A DNA stretch of 64,000 nucleotides from assembly GCF_902713615.1 (NCBI RefSeq), contig NW_024056012.1, positions 62,001-126,000 of the forward strand, read 5' to 3'. The notes under the pieces were generated by a model. It did not search any database. It was not told where the DNA came from and worked only from the letters and a program-made list of their open reading frames with translations. A program made the position numbers and the translations under genes. The DNA comes from Scyliorhinus canicula. Taxonomy: Eukaryota. Positions 1 to 13,539 of the stretch are shown one piece after another (position 1 is the stretch's first letter; each line of letters begins with the position of its first letter).

Positions 1-1211
1 GGTCTGTCTCAGTATATATGCTCGACATGATCCTCCACCCACCCCTCTACATCTCCCCCCATCAGCATCGCCTTCTATTCCTTTCTCCCTCATGTACGTA
101 TCTAGCTTTACGTTCAATGTATTCATGCTGTTCACCTCAACCACTCGCTGTGGTAGTGAGTTCCACATTCTCACCACTCGCTGGGTAGAGGTTTCTACTG
201 AAATTCCTATTGGATTATTGAATCCCTTCATAATCTTAAAGATTTCCATTAGGTCACCCATAAGTCTTCTCTTTTCCAGAAAAAAGCAGCCCCAGTCTTT
301 CCCGAGTGTTAAGTGCTCTCAGTTCTGCATATTATGAATCTTTGTTGCACCTTCTCCAGTGCCTCTATTTCCTTTTTCTAAATGGAGATCACCAATGTTG
401 ACGGTGCTCCCAGGGTAGTCTAACCATGGCTCTAAACAAGTTGAACATTTCCTCCGTGCTTTTCAATTCTATCCCTCTGGAATGAAACCCTATATATGGA
501 CTCCACACTTTAGGAAAGATGTGACGTTCTTAGAGAGGGTTTCGAGGACATTAACGAGAATGGCACCAGAGATGAGGGACTCCAGTTAGTTGGAGTGACT
601 GGAGCAGCTGAATTTCTCTCTTGAGATCACAGCATCTGGAGGGTGGGGAATGGGGCCATTCAGCCCTTTGGGACCGTGTCGGCTCCCTATGGAGGAAGCC
701 AGTCTGTCCATTGCCTCGTTCTTTCCCCGAATCCCTGTGGGTTTATTTCTCTCAGTGCCCATCCAATTTCATCTTGAAATCCTTCCGTCATCTCTGCATC
801 TCCTACCCTCATAGGTAGTAGGTTCCAGGTCGTTACCACTCCCTTTACATGTACACAAGGCTGCTAGAGCACAGAGTCTATTTGGCCCATTTTTCCCGTG
901 CCAGCTCTTTGTACAGCGACCCATTTAATCCCAGAGTTCGACTATTTTGTTTTCTTTTTCAGAATGTACCAAATTCCCTTTTGGAAGTTGCAGTCCAATG
1001 AGATTCCAGCACCATTTATAGCCAGTGCATTCCAAATCACAACAACTCGCTGTGTTTTACAACAAATAATTGTGCATATGATGTGTCGGGAGTTTCACGG
1101 TAGTCAAAATGGTGCCAATGCTGTGGTTATTACACAAAATTAGGACTCAATCTTTATAAATGATTCTGGTGAGGACACCGAGTGTAATATATCCGAGTTT
1201 GTGGACAATTA

Positions 1212-2000
1212 GAACAAATGTACATTTCTATAAAACCTCTCACGACCACTGGACCACCTGAAGTGTTTTAAAGCCAATGGAGTACTTTTGAAATATATTC
1301 ACTGTTGTAATGTAGGACGCTGTAAGTATGCATGTGTAATCACATTTAGTTTTCATAGTGTAATGAGTGTCATTGGTAACAAGGTCAAGGAAGCCCTTTT
1401 ACATTTCTAACATGTGGCTTCCTGCAGCCATTTCACCGTTTCTGTATTAACTATGTATTGATTTCATAGCAAAAAAACAATAACTAAATGAATGATTATT
1501 CAGCATGAACATTGATTATCATTAGTGAATTGGTGTATCAGGTAATTATATTGCAAAGACTAGATCTTTATTTTTTAAATAACAATATCAACCAAAATGT
1601 TTCAAACTGCAGAGCAGTCAGAATTTGTTTGAAAAATAAATTACTTTATAATTTTGAGAAGCTACAAGACGCCATATTGTGCCATGAATATATGGGCTAG
1701 GCAGTGGAGATATGGTATTGTTACTGGGCAATTAATCCAGAGACCCAGGTTAATGCTCTGGGGATCTGGGATCAAATCTGGCTATGACAGATATTGAATT
1801 TGAATAAAATCTGAAATTAAAAGTCGAATTATGACATTGTTGATTGTTGTAAAAACCCATCTGGTTCATTAATGTCCTTTTGGACACGTGATTCCAGATC
1901 CACAGCAATGTTGTGGTTGATTTGTAAGTGCTCTCTGAAATAGCCTCACAAGACACTCAGTTCAGGGGCAATTGGAATGAGCAGTAAATGCTGGTCCAGG
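1212..2000. repeat. Arm 1 of an inverted paralogous block (partner ~12440-13260)
   Basis: 1215 acaaatgtacatttctataaaacc...gtaacaaggtcaaggaagcccttt is the diverged reverse complement of 13060-13258 aaagggcttccttgaccttgttacc...ttttatagaaatgtacattt. Similarity continues through the embedded short repeat. Confidence 0.85.
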
Positions 2001-2248
2001 CAGTGATGCCCACCTCCCATGAATGAATAATGTTTAAGAAGGCTCATTGTTCAATCTGAAGAAGAGTAAGAAACTCTCTTTGATTGGATTTGATTTATTG
2101 TCACGTGTACCGAGGTAGTGAAAGGTTTTGTTCTGCATACAGTCCAGAAAGATCATTCCATACTTGAAAAAACTCAGACTTACGATAAATACACAATGTA
2201 AATACATAGACACAGATCCCAGGTGAAGCGTAGAGAACTAGTGTATCT

Positions 2249-2993
2249 TGTATCGAATGTATCAATTAAAAATTACTGTATTAATTAGCTACCAGTCTGT
2301 AACAGATGATTAAATAAGCAGTGATCCTTAATTGATTTACAATTAAACAATAATGAATCAGTAGTTATAGTAAAAGTTTGAGTTTTATTTGTTGTAAAAA
2401 TATAAAAGCTTAATCGCTGTGTATATAAAGAATGTGCGATGAGGATAAATGTACCGGCAAGGGAGACCTTCCAACTCTGATTAGCCTCAACATTTGAAAC
2501 TGTTTGAATAAGGGGTTGTACAGAATCAGATAAAGGGATAGTATGAAACTGTTCAATTGTATTCCTGTCAAAGGTAATGAGAGAAGGTGGTGTCAGTAAT
2601 TAAAGATCCAATTAAATTAAACTGGTACCCAATTAACCAATGGTCATGTTACCACAGGCCCAACTCTGACATGAGGTAATGGTCACTTTGGGGGTAAAAG
2701 TAGAGGATCTGAAGGTCTTCCTTGCTGGCCAAGTACTGAAGACTCTCGAGGCCGAGTTCCAAGGAAATTAGTGTCAAAGGAAGAGCCAGGGAGGGTTACG
2801 CTTCCACAGACTGATCACCTGCATGAAGTTGTAAACGTAAATGTCTTCAAGTCAGTCAGTAAAGCTTTTCTTTAAAAAACTCCTTTTTAAATTTACTGTC
2901 CAGAATTCTGCCTTTGCTTTAATTGGTAAAAGTCTTGTCCGAACCAAAGCAAATTGGGGATGTCTGAAATCAATTAAGGATCAGAAAGCATCA
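2249..2993. mobile_element. Probable solo LTR
   Basis: TG...CA ends flanked by a 4-bp direct repeat ATCT (2245-2248, 2994-2997), non-coding, with an AGTAAA polyA-like motif. Family not identified. Confidence 0.4.
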
Positions 2994-3289
2994 ATCTTCA
3001 ATTTAAAACTTACATTTCTGTAGCGCCTTTCACAACCCCAGCATGTCCCAAAGAGCTTCTGAAGTGTCGTCACTGTTATAGGAAATGCAGCAGCCAATTT
3101 CCACAAAGCAAGATGCCACACACAGCAATGTGGCAATGTGCAGATGATCTGATTTTGGTGATGTTGCTTTTTTAAAAAATACATTTTGTTAAGGTTTTGT
3201 AATTTTATAATAATGTGACCACAGTAAACAATGCAAATCCACATAAAACATCATGCATAAATCATCTCCATCCCTAACAAGTCCCTCCT

Positions 3290-6200
3290 ACCCTCAACAG
3301 AGAATAGCCTAACTATCCCCCTTTAAGTTTTTTGCCTCTGCTGACAGTTAGTTTTCTCTAAAGAAGTCGACAAACGGCTGCCACCTCCGGACGAACCCTC
3401 GCGTTGACCCTCTGAGGGCAAACTTGATTTTTCAAGTCTGAGAAATCCAGCCACGTCGCTAACCCAGATCTCTGATTCCAGGGGCTTCGAGTCCCTCCAC
3501 GCCAGCAATATCCGTCTCCGGGCTACCAGGGAGGCAAAGGCCAAGACATCAGCCTCTCTCGCCCCCTGGACTCCCGACACTCCAAAATCTGGCACCTCTG
3601 GACTCGGCACCACCCGGGTTTTTAGGGCCGCGGACATGACATCTGTAAAACCCTGCCAGAATCCCCCAAGCTTCAGGCAGGCCCAGAACATATGGACATG
3701 ACTTGCTGTGTCCCCCCCCCCCCTCCCCCACCTCTCCTCCAACCCAAAAAACCTGCTCATCCAGGCCACCGGCCTGTGTGCCCGGTGAACGGGGCAGCAC
3801 GGTGGCACAGTGGTTAGAATCGCTGCCTCACGGCGCCAAAGTCCCAGGTTCGATCCCGGCTCTGGGTCACTGTCCGTGTGGAGTTTGTACATTCTGCCTG
3901 TGTTTGCGTGAGTTTCGCCCCCACAACCCCAAGATGTGTAGACTAGGTGGATTGGCCACACTAAATTGCCCTTTAATTGGAAAAAAAAAATTGGATACTC
4001 TAAATCTTTTTTAAAATGTCTGCCCTGTGAACGACCATAAATTGTATCAGGCTGAGCCTGGCACATGATGAGGACGTATTGACTCTGCTCAAGGCATCCG
4101 CCCACAGACCTGCCTCTCTCCCTCCCCATAGCTCCTCTTCCCATTTGCCCTCTAGCTCCTCTATCTGAGTTTCCCCCAACTCCATGAGTTCTTTGTAGAT
4201 ATCCGATACCTTTCCCTCTCCCACCTCTCATAATGTTTAAGAGCCTTCTGACATTGGCCGTAAGTTGCCTGCCCTTCACAAACCCCGTCTGGTCTTCCCA
4301 TATCACCTCAGGGACACAGCCCTCTAGCCTTGAGGCCAATATTCTGGCCAACAGTTTGGCATCCACGTTCAATAGGGAGATTGGCCTATATGACCCGCAG
4401 AGCTCAGGGTCCTTCTCCCGCTTCAGGATCGAGGCCTGTGACATTGTTGGGGGAAGGAACCCCCCCTCCTTTGCCTCATTAAATACCCTCACCAGCAGCG
4501 GGCTCAGCATCTCCGAGAACTTCTTATAAAACTCCACTGGTAGCTGTCCGATCCCGGGGCCTTACCCAATGCCTGGCCTCCAGCCCTTATACTATTTCTT
4601 CAATTCCAATCGGGGCTCCCAACTCCTCCACCAGACCTTCCTTCGGACATCAACTCACCCAGAAGCTGCCTCATCCCCTCTACCCCAGCTGGGGTTCTGA
4701 CTCATATAACTTACTATAAAACTCCTTAAACACCCCGTTCACCCCTGCTGGGTCCAAGACCGGGTTCCCACCTCTGTCCTTCACTCTTCCAAGCTCCCTG
4801 GCCGCCTCTCTTTTCCTCAGCTCGTGTGCGAGCATCGTACTGGCCTTCTCACCATACTCTTATACCGCTCCCCCCTCGCCTTCCTCAGTTGCTCCTCCGC
4901 AATCCCTCCAGATAACAGCTCAAACTCCATTTGTAGCCCCTGCCACTCCTTCAATAACCCCGCCTCCGGGGCCTCCGAATATGTCCTGTCCACCTGGAGT
5001 ATTTCCCCAACTACCCTATCCCTCTCTGCTCGCTCCACCTTTTCCCTATGGGTCTGGATCGACATTAACTCCCCCCTAACCACTGCCTTCAGCGCTTCCC
5101 AAACCGTTGCTGCCGAGACATCCCCCGTGTCATTTATTTCCAAATAGTTCTGGATAGATTCCCTCACCCACCCGCACACCCCCTCATCCGCTAACATTCC
5201 CACACCCAACCTCCATTACGGGCGCTGCCCTCTCTCCTTACTCACCCGTAAATCCAACCAATGTGGGGAATGGTCCGACACAGCAATTGCCGAATATTCG
5301 GTGTCAACCACCCCCACCAGTAGAACCATGCTGAGAATAAAGAAGTCGATCCGGCAGTACGCTTTGTGCACATGGGAGAAAAAAAGAAAATTCCTTCACT
5401 CTTGGCCGTCCGAACCGCCACAGGTGAACCCCCCCCCCCCCCCACACAATTTACTCCATGAACCCCTTTAGTTCCTTTGCTACAGCAGGCACCCTCCCTG
5501 TCGTTGACCTCGAACCCCCCACCTCACCATGATGAACTTGCCCCCACGTCCACCACTATTCTCCCTGCCTCAAATGCCACCCGTTTGTTGATCAGGATAG
5601 CGACCCCCCTAGTCTTAAGAGTCCAGCACGGAATGAAATACTTGGCTGACCCATTCCTTCCTCAATCTGGTCTGATCTATTGCTCTCAGGTGTGTCTCCT
5701 GTAACATTGCCACATTCGCCTTCAATCCCTTCAAATGTGTGAACATGTGAGCCCTCTTAACCAGCCCATTCAGCCCTCTAACGTTCCATGTACTGATCAC
5801 CCTTCTTAGACCAGCCTCCAGCTCGCGTCCCTCACCTCCATTGGCCCGCCTTCGGGCATCCACTGTCCTCGACCTCCCCTTTTGTCTCTCAGCAACAGTT
5901 TCTCCTCTGTCAGAAGAGCTGCTCCCTCTTCCCCCTCCGCCCCACTCTGAGCAGCAGAAGAATCCCAACCCCCCCTTAACAAACTTACCACCTGCTCACC
6001 ACCCCCTCCCCCACTGCACTTCCTTCTTCTTGGACGACCGTTTCTGGTCCACGGCTCCACATACTGGTGGGGATTTCTCCTCACTGTCTCACTCTCCACC
6101 GATGTTTCTAATAGAATTCCGAAACAAATCGGGAGAAAAGGTTCAAAATGTCCGTCACGAGCGAGAGCTCCCAAATGCGCGACCTCCTACTCCATGGCCG

Positions 6201-6340
6201 CCACCAGAAGTCAATAGGATGAAATTTAGAGACAGTTTGGTCCGGTGGGCTCGTGGAAGGGAGGGAAGCAGAGGCAGCTGATCGGATTGACTCAATCTCA
6301 GTCACAATGAAGCTCCACAAGCTCCTCACACTTCTTGTTG
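3290..6340 (-). mobile_element. Decayed L1-clade LINE (5' UTR, most of ORF1 deleted, endonuclease and RT fragments)
   Basis: Endonuclease motif ISTWNVRGLN...VAMLQETHL (5615-5968 ORF) and RT motif YRPISLLNVDAKLLARILASRL...DQTGFVKGR (3323-4537 ORF), with frameshifts and internal deletions. Confidence 0.9.
3791..4016 (+). mobile_element. tRNA-derived shark SINE (HE1/V-SINE-like), A-rich tail, inserted into the L1
   Basis: Head gggcagcacggtggcacagtggttag...ggttcgatccc and core gggtcactgtccgtgtggagtttg. 16-bp TSD tgtgtgcccggtgaac (3775-3790) / tgtctgccctgtgaac (4017-4032). Confidence 0.9.
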
Positions 6341-6555
6341 GAAATGAGGGGAGAGCGAGAGTACTTCAAAAGGAACTAACTTGTGTCAGAGATATTAAAA
6401 CATTTCAACACTGAATTTAACATAATTCTAATTTAACTTTCAGCCAGAATATTAGCCCCTGTAAATGGGCTGGAGTTTGTTATCAGCAGAAAGAGACCCA
6501 CATGAACATGGTTCAGTCCTGAATGTGAGTTCACAGCAAAATCCAATCACTGTGG

Positions 6556-7059
6556 TTACTTGTGGCCTCGTTGGTGTTTCAGCAGGTAGGATGAAGAGGT
6601 GAATCCCTTCCCACACGTGGAGCAGGTGAACGGTCTCTCCCCAGTGTGAACACGCTGGTGTTTCCGCAGTGTGGATGACTCAGTGAATCCCTTCCCACAC
6701 TCGATGCAGGTGAACGGTCTCTCCCCAGTGTGAACACGCTGGTGTTTCCGCAGTGTGGATGACTCAGTGAATCCCTTCCCACACGTGGAGCAGGTGAACG
6801 GTCTCTCCCCAGTGTGAACTCGCTGGTGACTCAGCAGGTTGGATGACCGAGTGAATCCCTCCCCACAGGTGGAGCAGGTGAACGGTCTCTCCCCAGTGTG
6901 AACACGTCGATGAGTTTCCAGCTGGGATGGGTAAGTGAATCCTTTCCCACAGTCCGCACATTTCCACGGTTTCTCCTCAGTGCGGCTGCATTTCTGTCTC
7001 ATGGGGCCTGATGATGTGTACGGTTTCTCCCCACTGTGAATGATGCTTTTTCCTTCCAT
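6556..7059 (-). CDS. C2H2 zinc-finger protein, 5 tandem fingers (~167 aa from first in-exon ATG)
   Basis: Five CxxC-x12-HxxxH fingers with TGERPF linkers. Acceptor tttcacag at ~7168 precedes [13 protein letters not shown]. The upstream part of the listed ORF is probably intronic, and a first finger appears partly deleted. Confidence 0.85.
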   Translation of the reverse strand: MEGKSIIHSGEKPYTSSGPMRQKCSRTEEKPWKCADCGKGFTYPSQLETHRRVHTGERPFTCSTCGEGFTRSSNLLSHQRVHTGERPFTCSTCGKGFTESSTLRKHQRVHTGERPFTCIECGKGFTESSTLRKHQRVHTGERPFTCSTCGKGFTSSSYLLKHQRGHK

Positions 7060-7664
7060 GTTCAAAATCTGCTGATATTCCGGATATGATAAATTGAGGA
7101 CTCTGTCAGATCCTGATGTGATGCTTGGTTTGAGTTTCCGGACTTTGAAGCCTCCCCTTCGAACACCCTGTGAAACTGATTGAAAACAGAAAATAGGGAG
7201 TGAGAGAGAACCCACAAAAACACAAAGGCAGGTTGTGAAATTGAGCTGAATGAATCTGGTCATTTATGGGGCCGGCACTGGGAAAAAGTGACCATGAAAA
7301 CTGCTGGATTGTTATAAAAACCCAATTGGCCTCTTTGGGAGGAGTGAGAGAGAGGTGAAGAGAGATTTTGTACATCTGCAAGTCATATTAAAGAGGATAG
7401 ATGGCAAAGCAAATTCGATCTTGAGCTTCATAAACAATAACCGAAGAGATAATGCTGGAACATCTCAGCACGTCTGGCAGCATCCGTCGGGAGAGAAAAG
7501 ATCTCATGTTGAGTCCTAATGGTCCTTTGTTAGTTCTTTTCTCTCCCTATAGATGCTGCCAGACCTGCTGAGAAGTTCCAGCATTTTCTCTTTGGCTTCA
7601 GATTCCAGCATCCGCAGTAATTTGCTTTTATTCATAAACAGTAATATTGATCCCAAAACTATGC

Positions 7665-8010
7665 TTCTGGTGGCACGATTATTAGCACTGCTGCCTCATA
7701 GCACCAGGGACCCGGGTTCAATTCCGGCCTTGGTGACTGTGTGGAGTTTGCACTTTCTCCCCGTGTATGTGTGGGTTTCTACCCGGTGCTCAGGTTTCCT
7801 CCCACAGTCTAAAGAAGGCCACGTTAGGTGGATTGACCTTGATAAATTGTCCCTCAGTGTCCAGGGATGTGCAGGTTAGGTGGGGCTGTGGGGTTACAGG
7901 GACAGGGTAGTGGTGTGGGTCTAGACAGGCTGCCCGTCCAGAGAGTGGGTGTAGACTCGATGGGCTGAATGGCCTCCTTCTGCAATGTAGGAATTCTATG
8001 GTTCTAATTC
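7665..8010 (+). mobile_element. Shark SINE with CR1-like 3' tail
   Basis: Same head and core as the 3791 copy; ends actcgatgggctgaatggcctccttctgcaatgtagg-attctatg. Confidence 0.85.
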
Positions 8011-8999
8011 TATTCAATGAATCTTTATAACGCTCTGGTCACCACACTTCAGGAAGGATGTGAAGGTTCTTGGAGAGAAGGTGCAGAGCAGATTTACCAG
8101 AATGGATCCAGCAAAGGAGGTTATGGGGAGATTTGACTCAGGGACACAAGATTATGTCAGATTTCCATCGGGTGGACAAAGAAACTCTGTTTCCATTCAT
8201 TGATCGTACAAGCACTAGGTAGACAGATTTAAAGTTTTGGGTAAAACCTGGATTGATCTATGTAAGAATCGAGAACAAGGGTATCACTGTTGCAAAATAA
8301 GGAGTCGCCCATTTCAGGTGGAGATGAGGATTTTTTATTCTCGAGGGTTGTAAGACTTTGGAACTCCCGTCCTTAAAAGGCAGTGGGAGCAGAGTCCTTG
8401 AATATTTTTAAGGCAGAGCTGGATAGATTCTTGATGGGCAAGGGGCTGAAAGGTTATCAGGGGTAGGCAGGAATGTGGAGTTGAGGTTAGAATGAGATCA
8501 GCCGCAATCTTACTGAATGCTGAGCAGGCTCGAGGGGCCGAGTGGCCTGTTCCTAGTTTGTATGTAAAAGGTACAGGAGATGAGGTGATATGAGATATGT
8601 TTTTACACAACGAGCGGCAACGGCCTGAAACTTGCTGCCCAGGAGGGAGTTTGAAAATAGATACAATGAGTCATTTGATTTCAAAAGGAAATTGGATTTG
8701 AGGGAAATAAACCTGCGAGGATACAGGGATAGAGCAGGAGAATGGGACCGACTGGATTGCTGCAGTGAGCCAGTATCGATTCAATGGGCCGAATGCCATT
8801 CTCTGTGCCATCATGTCTCTGACTCTTTTGTGTAATCTAGTTTTGTAATTTAACCCCGGGGGGTTCAGATATCAGTCAGGTAAATCTGTGCTACATTCCC
8901 TCCGAGGCCATTCTATCCTTCCTCAGGTTTGTTGCCCAGAACTGAACACAGTTCTCCAGGTTTGGTCTAACCAGGGTTTGAGAATCTCGGGGCTTTTCC

Positions 9000-9190
9000 A
9001 GTCACACTGAGACCTGAAATCTTCCCTCACAGACAGAACAGCCAAACCTTTTACCTTCCACACCCAGATGCTGCTGATATTCAGGCTCTGATGAATCGAG
9101 TGATTCTGTCAGATCGCGATGTGACGTTTGGTTTGTGTTACCCGTCTGTTAAACCTCCACTTCCAGTATCCTGTAAATTTACAGAAACCT
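9000..9190 (-). pseudogene. Degenerate copy of the ZNF coding-exon 5' part
   Basis: ctgctgatattc...ctgtcagatc..gatgtga.g.ttggtttg matches 7070-7170 and has its own acceptor (tttacag). Confidence 0.55.
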
Positions 9191-10009
9191 CACTGTCAGT
9201 TTAGGATATAAATTCACAACATTCTCTCCTCGCCAACTTTGTATTCCTGGAGGTTTGATCACATGACCTGCCCCCATCCTCCAGCCATTAATCGGTCAAC
9301 ACATCCATCCTTGTGACACACTGCCTTCCTCGGCCAATTGGGAAGCAAAAGGACTCATTACCTTACAGGACAGTGTTTGACTGTTAGCCAATCGACCTTT
9401 ATTCCATTTTCAATATTTTTATATCCACTTAAGAGAAATGTTCAAAGAAAATTACAAAAAAATCTTCTTTACTGTCATAATAATTTCCCAGACACACAGG
9501 TATGAATCTTACCAAGGCAGAAAGTAACATTTTGAATTCACTGAAAGTCTAGTGGTGACCATGAAACCATTGTCGATTGTTGCAGAGAGCCACCTAGTTC
9601 ACTGATGTTCTACAGTGAAGGAAATCTTCTATCCTTACCTGGTCTGGCCTACATGTGACTCCAGACCCACAGTCCGCTGGTTGACTCTTAAAATGGTCTG
9701 AGATACACTCAGTTCAAGGGCAATTAGGGATGGGCAGTGAATGCTGGCCCAGCCAGCGACACCCACATCCCGTGAATGAACAGAAAAGAAAATCTGCCAT
9801 CCTTACCTGGTCTGGCCGACACGGTTCCAAACCACAGCAATGTGGTTGACTCTTTAAATGCCCTGTGAGATGGCCGAGCCAGCCACTCAGTTCTCGGCAA
9901 ATTAAGGATGGGCAATGAATGTTGGCCCAGCCAGTGACCACCTCAAATGAATAAAATCAAATCCTGGAGACTCCAGACAGTCAATCCGGGAGAGTTGGTA
10001 TCCGGTCCA

Positions 10010-10110
10010 GGCTCACAGCGCCTGCGTCCTGTGGCACCTTGTCCTCTGTAAAGATGGCGGCCGGTAACCCGGGCCTGTCACCGCTCAGCTCTCACGCTGT
10101 TCGGTGCTGT
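10010..10110 (-). promoter_or_regulatory. GC-rich promoter or first non-coding exon with a YY1-type motif, probably for the ZNF gene
   Basis: AAGATGGCGGCC at 10051-10062 (YY1 consensus) and a minus-strand GTGAG donor near 10016. Confidence 0.45.
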
Positions 10111-11489
10111 TTAAGGCAGGATCGTTAACATTTTACTCGGGAGTTGAAGCCTCCTCGGGATTTTTCTGAAGCCTACCAGCTCACTCCGCAGCTTCTATTG
10201 CTCCCCGGCTCCATTTCTTTGCACACATGAAGTGTGTGAGCGATCTCCCTCTGAACTGCTCCTGAACTGCACATTAGATTAATTAATGACCAACTCATAT
10301 TTATTCTTATCCAGTGGAAACATCTTCCACTTGTCTATCATATCAAACCTTTTCATAATCTTGCAGGATTAGGTCATCCTTCATTCCCATTTCCAGAGAA
10401 AAGGTGATGCCCTGTCCAATCTTTCTTGCTGGGTATAAGCTGCAGTTCAGGCATAATTCAAATATCTTTTCCTGCATCTTCTCCAGTCCTTCGAGATCCA
10501 TTTTACAAAATGGAGACTTTAACTAATCTGAGCAGCAAACTCACCTTTGCACCAAATGGCTGTATGTTGCAGCATTTTAGTCACTTTACTGTTCGCTGAA
10601 TGTAAAATGGGACAGAATAAGATCCAACGAGCCAGTCTGTAACACTGCAGAGCATCTACAAACTTGCCTCTTCCACTTACTGCTAAACTCTTAACCTGTC
10701 AGTTATGGCATTAAGAATAATGTCAGAGAAAGACTGGATTTCAGCTCGGTGACACTGGGTCAGACTAAATTAGTTCACAGGATTGTTGAGCTAATGTATC
10801 CATATCATAAAATGGATCTGGAAGGACTGGGGAAGATACAGGAATTGTACCAGAATGATGCCTGAACGGGCAGGTTACTGCCAGCAAGAAATGCAGTGGC
10901 TCGAGGAGCCATCTAGGCTCCCCCCGCTTCCATTTCATGTGTTATTATGAACATCATTGTAAACCATTTCCATGCAGACACAACAGATGCAACAACCACC
11001 AGTTCATCGCCTTCCTTCCCATATTCCAAGATTCCAAACACACTTTCCAGGTAACAGTGATTTACTTGTACTTCTTGCTGTCCAGTGTTGTGTATTCACT
11101 GCTCACGATTTGGTTTCCCCTACACTGAGAAGATTAACTCTGGATTGGGTAACTGTGGAACATCACCATTCAGTCTGCAAACATAATCCTGAGCTTCTGA
11201 TCATTTTAATATTTTAATTCCCTGCCCCACTCCCACTCTGTCCACAGCCTCCTGCATTGCTCTAGTAAAGCTCAAAGGAAACTCGAGTAACAGAACCTCC
11301 ATACGGACATTGACGCAGGGCCAGGTTTCAAACTCGGGTCCTCAGTACCGTAGTTTTGTAAACTCTTTTTACGGGACAATAGAAGGTTTGTATTCGGTAA
11401 ATTGAGACTAAATATTGCATCAAGGTTGGACAGAAGTCAGTTGATTCATCAGGCCCTGAATATCATCCTTCGAATGTGGCAGGTGAAAC

Positions 11490-11625
11490 GTTTCTCTGTT
11501 CTCAATGAGAAAAGATTTCAAACATCAGTGTGACTGGAAAAGCACCGAGACCCACACAACACACACCCGAGTGAGAGTGTTCCAGTGAACTGACTGTGGA
11601 AAGAGCTTTAACCAGTTACACAGTG
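11490..11625 (+). pseudogene. Truncated zinc-finger exon remnant
   Basis: ccgagtgagagtgttccagtgaactgactgtggaaagagctttaaccagttacacag resembles RVFQ(C)TDCGKSFNQLH; cut off by a downstream SINE-like repeat. Confidence 0.55.
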
Positions 11626-12041
11626 GGGAGGTGGTGGTGTAGTGGTATCGTCGCTGGACTAGTCATCCATAAACCTAGGATAATGATCTGGGGACCCGGG
11701 TTTGAATCCTACTACCACAGGTGATGGAATTTAAACTCAATAACATTTCTGGAATTAAAAGTCTATGAAACCAGCTGGTTCACTAATGTACTTTCGGGAG
11801 GGAAATCTGCCGTCCTTACCCAGTCTGGCCGACATGTGACTCCAGACCCATAGCAATGTGGTTGACTCTTACCAGCCCTCAAGGGCAATTAGGGATGGGT
11901 AATGCTGGCACAGCCTGCGACTCCCACGTCCAATGCATTAAAAAAATTGTTTCACTAATTGTAACTCAATTAATGGTCACCACTTATTTAATCATCTGTT
12001 GCAGACTTTTAGCTAATTAATACAGTAATTTTTAATGAATA

Positions 12042-12270
12042 CAGGGCACCATATGGCGCAGTGGCTAGCACTGGGACTGCGGCACCGTGGACTCGGGTTC
12101 GAATCCCGGCCCTGGATCACTGTCCGTGCGGAGTTTGCACATTTTCCCCATGTCTGCGTGGATTTCAACCCCACAACACAAAATTGTGCACGTTAGGCGG
12201 ATTGGCCATTTTAAATTGCCCCTTAATTTGGAAAAAAAATAATCGGGTACTCTAAATTTATACAAATAAA
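12042..12270 (+). mobile_element. Shark SINE (A-rich-tail subfamily)
   Basis: Homologous to 3791-4016. Confidence 0.85.
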
Positions 12271-12439
12271 AGATAAATTGCCTGATCAAGGATGAGGTTC
12301 TGTTTCTCAAGTTTCCTTTGAGCTTTATTGGAGCAGTACTCTAAATGTATATGGAAAAAGTACTTTTCACTGTACCTCACTGAGCCTTCTTCAAAATTCT
12401 TCAATCATGGGAGGTGGGGGTCACTGGCTGGACCAGCAT

Positions 12440-13260
12440 TTACTGCTCATTCCAATTGCCCTTGAACTGCGTGTCTTGTGAGGCTATTTCAGAGGGCACG
12501 TTCAAATCAACCACAACATTGCTGTGGATCTGGAGTAATGTGTAGGCCAGGCCACGTAAGGAGAGCAGATTTCCTGAAGGACCCGACGGGTTTTTACAAC
12601 AATCGACAAAGTCACCGTTAGACTTATACTTTGAGACTTTTATTCAATTTCAATATCTGTCATAGGCAGATTTGATCCCAGATCCCCAGAGCATTAACCT
12701 GGGTCTCTGGATTACTAGCCCAGTAACAATACCATTACTCTACTGCCTGGCCCACAGTCTTGGCAGAGTATGATGTCTTGTAACTTCACAAAATTACAAA
12801 GTAATTTATTTTTTCAATCAAATTCTGATAGCTCTGCAGTTTCTGGAAACATTTTGGTTGAAGGTGTTATTTTTAAAAATAAAGATCTAGCCGTTGCAAT
12901 ATGATTACCAAATACACCAATTCACTAATGATAATTAATGTTCACCACTGAATAATCATCAATGTAATTATTGTTTTGTGGTATGAAATCAATACATGGT
13001 TAATATAGAAAAGGTACAGAAGGGGAAATGGCTGCAGAAAGCCACGTGTTTGAGGTATAAAAGGGCTTCCTTGACCTTGTTACCAATGACAGTGAATACA
13101 CTATGAAAATAACAATTTTAAAACTAAATGTGATTACACATGCGTAATTACAGCTTCTTACATTACATCAGTGAATATGTTTCAAAAGTACTTCATTGGC
13201 TTTAAAATACTTCAGAAGGTCCAGTGGCGGTGCAAGGTTTTATAGAAATGTACATTTATT
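12440..13260. repeat. Arm 2 of the inverted paralogous block (partner 1212-2000)
   Basis: See arm 1. Confidence 0.85.
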
Positions 13261-13269
13261 CAAGTAGCC

Positions 13270-13475
13270 CGCAAACTAGGATATACCCCTGTCTCTGTAA
13301 GACTTAATTACCTGCAAATGCTCGCATTCAAAGCATTGTTTTGCATCTTTGACTATGTCTATATATATGTTTCTAGAACATACCTCTTAATTCACCTGAG
13401 GGAGGAGCAGTGCTCTGAAAGCTCGTGTTTGAAACAAACCTGTTGGACTTTAACGTGGTGTTGTAAGACTTCTAT
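13270..13475 (+). mobile_element. Penelope-like element 3' fragment (further fragments at ~24060-24145, ~27020-27200, ~39155-39280)
   Basis: Matches 58100-58300, which adjoins a GIY-YIG ORF. Confidence 0.7.
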
Positions 13476-13539
13476 CCTGACAAGTGTGAGGTTGTCCATT
13501 TTGGAAGGACAAATATGAATTGACAAAACTCCTGGCCCC

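Noticed and set aside
3791-3860. SINE heads as tRNA genes
   Set aside because: A and B boxes only; they continue into the SINE core with no cloverleaf 3' half.
7062-7263. Hydrophobic N-terminal extension of the ZNF ORF
   Set aside because: Runs through a polypyrimidine tract and AG acceptor, so it is probably intron or UTR.
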